Source of the DNA: Candidatus Electrothrix laxa
Lineage (GTDB): Bacteria; Desulfobacterota; Desulfobulbia; Desulfobulbales; Desulfobulbaceae
NCBI GenBank assembly: GCA_942492895.1
Contig: OW818652.1
Span: 1,510,637-1,534,636, forward strand
Direction: 5' to 3'
Length of the DNA stretch: 24,000 nucleotides
Shown in pieces: positions 15,431-23,700 of the stretch; position 1 is the stretch's first letter, and every line of letters begins with the position of its first letter. The notes beneath the pieces were generated by a model, which was given only the letters and a program-made list of their open reading frames with translations, searched no databases and was not told where the DNA came from. Both the position numbers and the translations under genes were made by a program.

Positions 15431-16537
15431 ATGAAACTGAAAGTGTTGGCACAGGCTGCGATTTTAGTCGTGCTGTCGGCGGGTGTCGCCTTTGCCGGAG
15501 GCAGAGCCCTCACCTGCGACGACTGCTCAGATGAATGCTTGGAAAATCCTTACAGCAAAGGATGTCCTTCTGTTTGCAAAGATCCGGAATGTCAAGCATC
15601 CTGCGACGACTGCTCAGATGAATGCAAAAAAAATCCCTATGGTGCGGATTGCCCGGATATCTGCAGAGATGTAACCTGCCAGTCCTGCGAAGACTGTACG
15701 GATGAATGTACAATCAATCCCTACGGCGAATCTTGTCCAGATATATGCCGTGACATAAAATGTTACAGCTGTGACGATTGTTCTGTAGAATGTATAGAAA
15801 ATCCTGAAGGACAGGATTGCCCGCCTGTATGTGATGAGTTGGGTTGCAATATCTGTGACAAATTCCCGACTGACTGTCCTGTATCCTGCAAGGAAGACTC
15901 TCAGGACCAGGAAAACTGCCCGACTGAATGTCAGGATGTACCGGAAGAATGTTTATCCGAAGAACCGGTCGGACCGGAACCTGTCATCACTTGTGACGAC
16001 TGCCCGCCTGAATGTGAAGACAATCCCGATGCGGAAGACTGCCCTGCCGAATGCCAGGAGCTTGACTGCTACGCCGGATCTATGAGCCCTCTTCGTTTTA
16101 TTGGCGACATCGGTTATTTGCGTCTTTCCGATCCGGCTGATTACCTCTTTGCTCGCATGGGTGTAGAGTATAGCCCCTATGCCGGAACCTCTTATGAGAA
16201 TATTTCTTATTTAGCTATGGTAGGTGTTGCTCCAAAGTTAGACGGTTCTGACGGTGACGACGCGTTGTTAATTGATGCCTTTGCTCAGTACAACTGGTCT
16301 GATGCCTTTGACGGCTTCATCGGACTCGGACTCGGTGCTTGGATAAGTGCCGGAGATGATGATATCGACTCTGAAGACACTGATCTGGACATTTTAGCCA
16401 ATATCGGTGCCCGCGTCTACGGCGATCCCGACACATTCAATGTTTCGATCTTCCTGGAAGCTCGAAATGCTGTTGACGAACTGAGTGACATCTCACAATA
16501 CGGACGTTTTGGTATCGGACTGCGCTTCCAGCATTAA
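15431..16537 (+). CDS. Secreted acidic Cys-rich tandem-repeat protein (36 Cys) with a beta-rich C-terminal domain, possibly an outer-membrane anchor
   Basis: AAGGAG (15415..15420) lies 10 nt upstream of the ATG at 15431. Sec-type signal peptide MKLKVLAQAAILVVLSAGVAFA with no twin-arginine. Six units of C-x2-C-x3-C-x8-C-x3-C-x4-C. The C-terminal ~155 aa has alternating hydrophobic strands and Asp-rich loops and ends GRFGIGLRFQH. Confidence 0.85.
   Translation: MKLKVLAQAAILVVLSAGVAFAGGRALTCDDCSDECLENPYSKGCPSVCKDPECQASCDDCSDECKKNPYGADCPDICRDVTCQSCEDCTDECTINPYGESCPDICRDIKCYSCDDCSVECIENPEGQDCPPVCDELGCNICDKFPTDCPVSCKEDSQDQENCPTECQDVPEECLSEEPVGPEPVITCDDCPPECEDNPDAEDCPAECQELDCYAGSMSPLRFIGDIGYLRLSDPADYLFARMGVEYSPYAGTSYENISYLAMVGVAPKLDGSDGDDALLIDAFAQYNWSDAFDGFIGLGLGAWISAGDDDIDSEDTDLDILANIGARVYGDPDTFNVSIFLEARNAVDELSDISQYGRFGIGLRFQH
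15515..16069 (+). repeat. In-frame tandem coding repeats of 87, 84, 84 and 84 nt, then one degenerate unit and one further unit
   Basis: Unit starts (first Cys codon) are at 15515, 15602, 15686, 15770, 15854 (degenerate) and 15992. Units 1 and 2 share an identical 26-nt stretch, cctgcgacgactgctcagatgaatgc (15513..15538 and 15600..15625). Peptide unit: CDDCSDEC-x-ENPY-x3-CP-x2-C-x-D-x2-C. Confidence 0.9.
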
Positions 16538-16616
16538 TGGAAACCAGCACTCATTGACCGCTAGCTAGCACTCGCAAGTCGTAACAGCGAGAACAGCGGG
16601 TCAAGCTTTTCGAAAA

Positions 16617-16649
16617 GGGCACAGGGGATTTCTCCTGTGCCCTTTTTTT
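16617..16649 (+). terminator. Rho-independent terminator of the Cys-rich protein gene
   Basis: GGGCACAGG (16617..16625) pairs with CCTGTGCCC (16634..16642) and is followed by T7 (16643..16649). A 5' A-tract could allow bidirectional function. Confidence 0.8.
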
Positions 16650-16855
16650 ATTGTGCTGCCTGTTGCGAAAGAGAATAAATTTCAGGAGGCTTCTCCAAAA
16701 ACATTTACGGAGAACAACTTCGCGGTCAATTTTAAGGAATCAAGAAAGGAAGAGGCAAAACAAGGGGGGAAACCGGTAAGCGAGCACCTCGGTTAATAGC
16801 GGACAACGGTTATGCAGCAGCAACACCGTTGCCCTCCATCAATCAACTGTGGTTC

Positions 16856-17041
16856 CTAGCTCTCGGTAACGGTAATGGCAGCTGATTCGCAAACTTCCAC
16901 GCAGGTTTCGCAACCCAGACACTCGTCGTCGTTGACCGGCTCTGACTTACCATCTTCCATTTCAAATACTGCTGCTGGGCAGGAACCGACACACTCTTCA
17001 CAACCTGTACATTTATCTTTATCTACAACTACTTCAAACAT
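16856..17041 (-). CDS. fdx: Small 2x[4Fe-4S]-type ferredoxin (61 aa)
   Basis: [22 protein letters not shown] ... [12 protein letters not shown] carries two C-x2-C-x2-C-x3-C clusters. GGAG lies about 7 nt upstream of the ATG at 17041. The 24-codon upstream extension in the ORF track is unlikely to be translated. Confidence 0.9.
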   Translation of the reverse strand: MFEVVVDKDKCTGCEECVGSCPAAVFEMEDGKSEPVNDDECLGCETCVEVCESAAITVTES

Positions 17042-17135
17042 TGTCTTTCTCCTTAGTAGCGGCTCTCTAACGAGCCCTTTTATAAAAGTAACCTCACGAT
17101 TAATTGTGTACAAATAACATGTACTGACTTGGGCA

Positions 17136-17163
17136 AAGATACCCTTAATATTTTTACTGTCAA
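17136..17163 (-). promoter_or_regulatory. Candidate sigma-70 promoter for the ferredoxin gene
   Basis: On the - strand: TTGACA (17163..17158), 16 nt spacer, TATCTT (17141..17136). Lies about 95 nt upstream of the ATG. Confidence 0.3.
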
Positions 17164-17484
17164 TATTTTTTTTACATGATCCGCTCAGTCAAATATTTCC
17201 CTGCGTCCAGCCATCATTCCTTACAAACAGCCTAAAAAAGTAATCATCAAACAATACAGAAAAAATAGCATTCCCTCCCTTCTTTTTTACTCTTTCCCCA
17301 AACGGACACAACAAGAAAATAAGCACGAGCTTAATAAGCAGAAAGATACACCCGAATGGCTTTTTTCCCTTACGAAAACGGCTCATCATTTACATTTTTC
17401 ACCTACAGCTTGACAAGATCTCCTTTTTATAGTAAACAGGCTTTCAGTGTTACAAAAAATAAAAAAATATTACTTCTATTCATC

Positions 17485-18087
17485 ATGCATATTTCAGAAG
17501 GTATTCTTTCGGCACCGGTTTTGATAAGCGGAGGGGTCGTTGCAGCGATCGGCACCTATATCGGGTTAAAAAAAATTGACATTGAAGAGATCATGCCCGT
17601 TGCTCTTCTCTCTTCTGCCTTTTTCGTGGCAGGACTCGTCCATGTTCCTCTTGGACCGGGATCTGTACATTTAATGCTGATCGGCCTGCTCGGAGTAATG
17701 CTGGGCTGGGCCGCTTTCCCGGCAATCCTTATCGCTCTTTTTCTTCAGGCCCTGTTTTTTCAATTTGGCGGTTTTTCTGTCCTCGGAGTGAACACCGTAA
17801 CAATGTCTGTTCCGGCTCTCTGCTGTTATTATCTAACCCGCCCTTGGATGGATAACCCAAAAACACGATCTGCGGCCGCATTTTTTGCAGGCTTCTCGGC
17901 GATCCTACTGGCCTCGCTGCTAACATCCTGCGCCTTGGCCCTTACCGATACCGGCTTTACAACTGCTGCGCAACTCATTATTGCGGCCAATATACCGGTC
18001 ATGATTATTGAAGGATGCATCACCATGTTCACTGTTGGTTTTCTAGCCAAGGTCCAACCAGAAATTTTACACCTCGAATACGCATGA
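17485..18087 (+). CDS. cbiM: ECF-type Ni/Co transporter substrate-capture component CbiM/NikM (200 aa)
   Basis: The canonical N-terminus MHISEGIL (Met-His metal-ligand motif) fixes the start at 17485. The protein is polytopic and hydrophobic, with HVPLGPGSVHLMLIGLLGVMLG. The 43-codon upstream extension in the ORF track is rejected. Confidence 0.9.
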   Translation: MHISEGILSAPVLISGGVVAAIGTYIGLKKIDIEEIMPVALLSSAFFVAGLVHVPLGPGSVHLMLIGLLGVMLGWAAFPAILIALFLQALFFQFGGFSVLGVNTVTMSVPALCCYYLTRPWMDNPKTRSAAAFFAGFSAILLASLLTSCALALTDTGFTTAAQLIIAANIPVMIIEGCITMFTVGFLAKVQPEILHLEYA

Positions 18088-18698
18088 ATCGGTCTCGTTT
18101 CCTGACAATGACAGCAATCTTCTTTGCCGGAGTATTTTTGTTCTTTGCCCTGCCGACTCAAGCGCATAAACTCAATGTTTTTTCCTGGACCGGTGAAAAT
18201 AAAATCTACGGAGAGGCATTTTTCAGCGGGGGACGTAAGGCCAAAAATGTACCAGTTCATGTCCAAAATGCCGAATCACTTGCCTCGCTGCTGACAACGC
18301 AGACCGATGAAGAAGGCAAATTCCAATTCACCCCGCCCCAACAGGCTGTTCAGCAAAATCAGGGCCTTTTGATCACAGTGGATACAGGTGATGGACATCG
18401 CGGTGAATGGCTTTTGGAGGCAGATGAATATCTTATTGAAGACTCAGCCCCTCCTCCTTCATCGCAAACAAAACAGCCCGGATCAGAACTAGTAACGCTG
18501 GAAGATATACGCCAAATCGTGCTCCAGGAACTAAATAGGGAGTTAATACCTATCAAGCGACATTTAGCTGAAGATCGCGAAAAGGAGGCTAACCCACGAG
18601 ATATAATTGGCGGAATCGGCTGTATTCTCGGACTGGCAGGCATCTTTGCCTGGTTCCAAGCAAAAAAAAAGAAGAAGAAAGCTTCGGCAGACGGATAA
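18084..18698 (+). CDS. Bitopic membrane protein with a periplasmic beta-sandwich (CarboxypepD_reg/transthyretin-like) loop; NikL-like accessory component
   Basis: ATGA overlap with the cbiM stop. N-terminal TM or signal FLTMTAIFFAGVFLFFALPTQA. HKLNVFSWTGENKIYGEAFFSGGRKAKNVPVHVQN...DEEGKFQFTPP resembles a carboxypeptidase-regulatory-like fold. C-terminal TM IIGGIGCILGLAGIFAWF plus a poly-Lys tail. The TM-loop-TM topology mirrors CbiN/NikN. Confidence 0.65.
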   Translation: MNRSRFLTMTAIFFAGVFLFFALPTQAHKLNVFSWTGENKIYGEAFFSGGRKAKNVPVHVQNAESLASLLTTQTDEEGKFQFTPPQQAVQQNQGLLITVDTGDGHRGEWLLEADEYLIEDSAPPPSSQTKQPGSELVTLEDIRQIVLQELNRELIPIKRHLAEDREKEANPRDIIGGIGCILGLAGIFAWFQAKKKKKKASADG

Positions 18699-18773
18699 GG
18701 TGTCCCCTGTCGAAAGGAAAAGGATCTTACGGTCCAAAAAATAATATCTGATGAAAAAAAGGAGTATTTCACG

Positions 18774-19541
18774 ATGAAGATCAAAGCTGTTGCTGCAACC
18801 GCACTCTTTCTCGCCTGCATGACAGGTGAGGCCCTTGCTCATTTCGGGATGGTTATCCCCTCGGACAACATCTTAACACCGAAAAAAAAGAGCGTTGAAC
18901 TGGACCTCTCTTTTTCCCATCCTTTTGAGATAATCGGTATGGATCTGGTCAAACCGAAAGAATTCTTTATGGTAGCTGGCGACAAGAAGACTGATCTGCT
19001 CCCGACTCTCAAATCCGCGAAGGTCATGGATCATGCTGCCTGGACAACCAAGGTGCCCATCAAACGCCCTGGGGTGTATACCTTTGTGATGGAGCCGACC
19101 CCATATTGGGAACCGGCTGAGGATGTATCCATCATCCATTACACCAAGACGCTGATCGCTGCCTTTGGTGACGATCAAGGATGGGATGAGCCAGTTGGGA
19201 TAGCAACGGAAATCGTGCCCTTGACTCGTCCTTTTGGCAACTATGCAGGCAACAGCTTTTCCGGGCAGGTTCTGCTCAAGGGCAAACCGGTTCCCGGCGC
19301 AGAGGTTGAAGTGGAGCTGTATAATAAAGACAAAAAACTCTCCGCCCCAAGCGATTACCACGTCACCCAGGTCGTCAAGGCTGATGAGAACGGGGTATTT
19401 ACCTTTTCCTGTCCCCAGGCGGGCTGGTGGGGTTTTGCCGCTCTGAATGAGGCCGACTATACCATCAAGGACCCGGAAGGTAACGAAAAAGGCGTTGAGC
19501 TTGGTGCCGTACTCTGGACCTATCTGGACGCGTACAAATAA
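18774..19541 (+). CDS. Periplasmic DUF4198 (COG5266, CbiK/NikK-like) Ni/Co-binding component
   Basis: AAAGGAG lies 9 nt upstream. Signal peptide MKIKAVAATALFLACMTGEALA, then a mature N-terminal His (HFGMVIPS). The beta-rich sequence with GKPVPGAEVEVELYN...DENGVFTFSCPQAGWW is typical of DUF4198 proteins found in nik/cbi clusters. Confidence 0.8.
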   Translation: MKIKAVAATALFLACMTGEALAHFGMVIPSDNILTPKKKSVELDLSFSHPFEIIGMDLVKPKEFFMVAGDKKTDLLPTLKSAKVMDHAAWTTKVPIKRPGVYTFVMEPTPYWEPAEDVSIIHYTKTLIAAFGDDQGWDEPVGIATEIVPLTRPFGNYAGNSFSGQVLLKGKPVPGAEVEVELYNKDKKLSAPSDYHVTQVVKADENGVFTFSCPQAGWWGFAALNEADYTIKDPEGNEKGVELGAVLWTYLDAYK

Positions 19542-19550
19542 AAAGAAAAT

Positions 19551-19574
19551 CCCCCCCCCCTCTGGGGGGGGGGG
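19551..19574. repeat. Inverted homopolymer hairpin C10-TCT-G11
   Basis: Read directly: 19551..19560 is ten C, 19561..19563 is TCT, 19564..19574 is eleven G. Flanking AAAT/ATTT extends the stem. It sits 10 nt after the DUF4198 gene stop and 60 nt before cbiQ. Confidence 0.95.
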
Positions 19575-19633
19575 ATTTCTACGATACAATAAAATCTGTT
19601 GAATCTGTCGGTACAGTTATGTTATGAAACCGC

Positions 19634-20392
19634 ATGACTTTTGAACAGTTCAGTGACGGCACTTCATTTCTGCACCGGGCAGACCCTAAGGGAAAACTGA
19701 TCAGCACGGGGGTGCTCAGCCTAGTCATCGCCCTGAGTCAAACCTGGGGCACTGCCCTGCTTGGCTTTCTGCTTACCTTTACTCTTGTGCTTACAGCACA
19801 TTTATCATGGAGAAAGCTTTTTCATCGCCTGCTGATTGTTAACAGCTTCAACCTTCTGCTTTGCCTTATTCTACCCCTGACCTACACCGCTGGCAAAAAT
19901 ATTTCGTTTATCGGGATCAACCTGAACAGCACCGGTTTTTTTCTCGCTCTCCTGATCACGGTTAAATCCAATGCTGTTATTCTTCTCTTTATCAGCCTGC
20001 TTGCTACCTCAACCGCTGCACAGCTCGGCCACGGCCTTCAGCAGCTGCGCCTGTCACCAAAGCTCTGCCTGCTTCTTCTCTTTTCCTATCGTTATATAGC
20101 GCTTATTCAGCAGGAACTGTTCCGTTTGCAACGGGCTGCCAGCCTGCGCTGCTTTCAGCCAAGAACAAATCTGCATACCTATAAGACCTACAGCTATATG
20201 CTGGGCATGATGCTGGTCCGCAGCTGGAACCGAGCAGCACGGGTGCAACAGGCTATGGAGTTACGCGGGTTTTCTGGACAATTCCACAGCCTGCACGACG
20301 CTGGCGGCATGCAGAAAAGCGACCTATTGCTATCAGCAACCCTGCTGTTGGCTGGTGTGGGATTAATGGTGATTGAAATCCTATCTATATAA
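19634..20392 (+). CDS. cbiQ: ECF transporter transmembrane (T) component CbiQ/NikQ
   Basis: 252 aa, hydrophobic. Has the typical N-terminus (SFLHRADPKGKLIS) and the C-terminal Ala-Arg-Gly-type coupling region (AASLRCF ... AMELRGF). Confidence 0.88.
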   Translation: MTFEQFSDGTSFLHRADPKGKLISTGVLSLVIALSQTWGTALLGFLLTFTLVLTAHLSWRKLFHRLLIVNSFNLLLCLILPLTYTAGKNISFIGINLNSTGFFLALLITVKSNAVILLFISLLATSTAAQLGHGLQQLRLSPKLCLLLLFSYRYIALIQQELFRLQRAASLRCFQPRTNLHTYKTYSYMLGMMLVRSWNRAARVQQAMELRGFSGQFHSLHDAGGMQKSDLLLSATLLLAGVGLMVIEILSI

Positions 20393-20523
20393 AACGAAAA
20401 AGCTGTTGAAATCAAAAATCATTACCTGATATTTCACATTATCACCGTGGCTAAAAATCGAGGCAAAAAAATCACCTGGTTAACTTTTCCAAGAATACCC
20501 GACAAAATCCCTTCGCTTTAATA

Positions 20524-20552
20524 TTGCATAAATGGCTATTATGCTCTATAAT
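20524..20552 (+). promoter_or_regulatory. Candidate sigma-70 promoter upstream of PFOR
   Basis: TTGCAT (20524..20529), 17 nt spacer, perfect TATAAT (20547..20552). This would give a leader of about 220 nt. Confidence 0.4.
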
Positions 20553-20780
20553 GATAAATTGTTGTTCTTTTATGAAAGTCTCACTTTCCGAATAACCTAT
20601 CAAAAAATCCTTATGTTGTCTCACGGAAACATGCTCGGCACAACCGCCGGTCAGAAAAAACGCCGAGATTACGTTTGTCAACCTGCATAACAACCAAAGT
20701 ATAACCATAACTTTTTTTATATTATTTTTCGGCGCGACCGCCGGAATACGTCAAACTCACGATTAAGGGAGAATTTATCA

Positions 20781-23700
20781 ATGTCGCGAAAAATGGTCAC
20801 TATTGACGGAAACCAGGCGTGTACGCATGTTGCCTACGCCACCAGCGAAGTAATCACCATCTACCCCATCACCCCGTCTTCACCGATGGCGGCTGAGGCA
20901 GATGCCAAGGCCACAGCGATGCAGAAAAATATCTGGGGTTCTGTGCCGGTTATTTCTCAGATGCAGTCCGAAGGCGGTGTTGCCGGTTCTCTGCACGGTT
21001 CCTTGGCCACTGGCGCGCTCTGTACTACCTTTACCGCTTCCCAGGGTCTGCTGCTGATGCTGCCCAACATGTACAAACTAGCCGGTGAGCTCACCCCGAC
21101 TGTTTTCCATGTTACGGCTCGTTCCTTGGCCTGCCAGGGTCTGTCTATTTTCGGCGATCACGGCGACGTGATGAGCGCCCGCCAGACCGGCTGGGCCCAG
21201 CTCTGCTCGCAGAATGTCCAGGAAGCACAGGATATGGCCCTGATCTCCACCCAGGCCACCCTGGCTTCACGCATTCCCTTCCTCCATTTCTTTGATGGCT
21301 TCCGGACCTCCCATGAGATCCAGAAGATGGAGCAGCTGACCAACGAAGACATGCTGGAAATGATTGACGAGAAGCTGATCACAGAGCATCGTGAACGAGC
21401 ACTGACCCCGGATCGTCCGTCCATGTCTGGTACGGCGCAGAACCCGGATGTCTACTTCACCGGTCGCGAAACCGTTAATAAGTATTATAATGCGATCCCC
21501 GGAATTGTTCAGGAAACCATGGACAAATTCGCAGCTCTGACCGGTCGTCAGTATAATCTTTTTGATTACTACGGCTCACCCGATGCAACCGACGTTGTTG
21601 TGATCATGGGTTCCGGTGCCGAGACCGCAGCTGCCACCATCGACCATCTGGTTGCTGAAGGCCGCAAAGTGGGCATGGTTATTGTCCGCCTGTTCCGTCC
21701 CTTTGACATGAAGGCTATGGTTAATGCCCTGCCCTCCTCTGTTGAGCGCCTTACTGTTTTGGATCGCTGCAAAGAGCCAGGCGCACCGGGAGATCCGCTG
21801 TACCTGGATGTCCGCGCTGCTATAGGTGAGGCTGCCGAAGCCAATCCGACCATGTTTATGCCCTTGGTACTGGCTGGTCGTTACGGTTTGGGTTCTGCCG
21901 AATTCAGCCCGGCAATGGTCAAGGCTGTGTACGACAACATGGTTTCTATGGCTCCGAAAAACCATTTCTGTGTCGGTCCCAATGATGACGTAACCCACAC
22001 CTCACTGAGCTACGACAAGTCCTATAATATCGAAGGCGATGATGTCTACCGGGCAATGTTCTACGGTCTGGGTTCCGACGGTACAGTCGGTGCGAACAAG
22101 AACACCATCAAGATCATCGGTACAGAGACAGATAACTCGGCTCAGGGCTATTTTGTCTACGATTCCAAGAAATCAGGCTCCATGACCGTGTCTCATCTCC
22201 GCTTCGGAGAGAACCAGGTTGTGGCTCCGTACCTGATCAACAAGGCCAGCTTTGTAGCCTGTCATAACTTCACCTTTCTGAACAGCTACGACATGCTGGC
22301 CAATCTGGAAGACGGCGGCACCTTTCTGCTCACCACCACCCTTGATAAGGACAGCGTCTGGAACGAGCTGCCAGCCAAGGTGCAGCAGCAGTTGATCGAC
22401 AAAAACGCCAAGTTTTATATCATCGACGCTCTCAAGCTCGGTATTGCCATCGGACTGGGCGCGCGCATCAACATGATCATGCAGACTGCCTTCTTCCTGA
22501 TCTCCGGTATCCTCAAGAAAGACGAGGCAATCGACGCGATCAAAACCGCGATCAAGAAGACCTACGGCAAGAAAGGCGACAAAATCGTCAACATGAACTA
22601 CGACGCAGTTGACGGTGCAGTCAATAATATCGTCGAGGTTACCCTGCCTGATACTATCACCGGTCATGAGCTACCGGAGACTGTACCTGCCGAGGCCCCT
22701 GAGTTTGTTAAGCAGGTGACTGCCAAGATGATCGAAGGCAAAGGCGATCAGATCAAGGTTTCCGAAATGCCTGCCGACGGTCGCTGGCCCACCGCCACCA
22801 CCCAGTGGGAAAAACGTAATATCGCCGTCAACGTACCGGAATGGTCCCCGGAAACCTGTATTCAATGCGGTAAATGTTCCCTGGTCTGCCCGCACGGCTG
22901 TATCCGCATCAAAGTTGCCACTGAGGATGCTTTGAAAGCGGCAGGTGCGAATGATACCTTTAAAACCGCTGATGCTGTGGGCAAAGAATTCAAGGGCAGC
23001 AAATTCACTGTCCAGGTCTCCACTGCCGACTGTGCAGGCTGTACGCTCTGTTCCACCGCCTGCCCTGCTCGCAAGAAAGATGCAGAAGGCAACAAGACGG
23101 ACGAGTCAGCCCTGAAGATGATCACCAATACCGACGCGGTATTGAACGAGTCCCAGGCTAACTGGAAGACCTTCATGGCTTTGCCTGAAATGGATAACGC
23201 TTCCATCAATCCGGCAACCGTCAAGGGCAGCCAGCTCAAAAGGGCTCTGTTTGAGTTCTCTGGTGCCTGTGCAGGCTGCGGCGAGACCCCGTACATCAAA
23301 CTGGTTACTCAGCTGTTCGGTGATCGGATGATGGTGGCCAACGCCACAGGCTGTTCTTCCATCTACGGCGGCAACCTGCCCACTACCCCGTATTCACAAC
23401 GCGCTGACGGACGCGGTCCTTCCTGGTCCAATTCCCTGTTCGAGGATAATGCCGAGTACGGTTTAGGTATGCGTCAAAGTGCTAACAAACTGGGCATGCA
23501 GGCTGCTGAGCTACTGACTCTTGCTGCTGAAGAAGGGATCGTCTCTCAGGAACTTGCTGATTCTCTGCTGGATGCAAGCCAGAAGACTCAGGATGAGATC
23601 GAGGCACAGCGAGCACGGGTTGAAGAGCTGAAGGCAGCTCTGGCAGGCAACAATAATGTCATCACCACCCGACTCCTGCCGGTGGCTGATTATCTGGTCA

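Noticed and set aside
15515-16069. Regular 84-87-nt periodic repeats that could superficially suggest a CRISPR-like array
   Set aside because: The period is in-frame, and the units are contiguous with no unique spacers. They translate into a coherent Cys-rich peptide repeat inside a long ORF that has a signal peptide. They are coding tandem repeats.
16801-16834. 10-bp stem with one mismatch (GGACAACGGT / ACCGTTGCCC), 22 nt downstream of the ferredoxin stop on the - strand
   Set aside because: No U-tract follows on the - strand, so its function as an intrinsic terminator is uncertain. It is left unannotated.
17410-17433. TTGACA (17410..17415) followed by TATAGT (17428..17433) upstream of cbiM
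   Set aside because: The spacer is only 12 nt, and hexamers at 16-18 nt spacing are poor. It is not called as a promoter.
17447-17453. GTGTTAC, a half-site resembling the NikR operator (GTGTTAC-N13/14-GTAACAC, as I recall it) about 30 nt upstream of cbiM
   Set aside because: The expected partner half-site is poor: ATTACTT at the right distance matches only about 3 of 7 positions. One half-site in A+T-rich DNA is not sufficient evidence.
17114-17484. Possible cobalamin riboswitch upstream of the cbiM cluster
   Set aside because: I found no B12-box-like GCCACTG core and no obvious conserved stems in the 370-nt leader. Only a covariance-model scan (Rfam RF00174) could settle this.
20472-20708. 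78-aa - strand ORF in the PFOR upstream region
   Set aside because: It has no SD and a codon-poor, A+T-rich composition, and it overlaps the candidate PFOR promoter and leader. It is probably non-coding.
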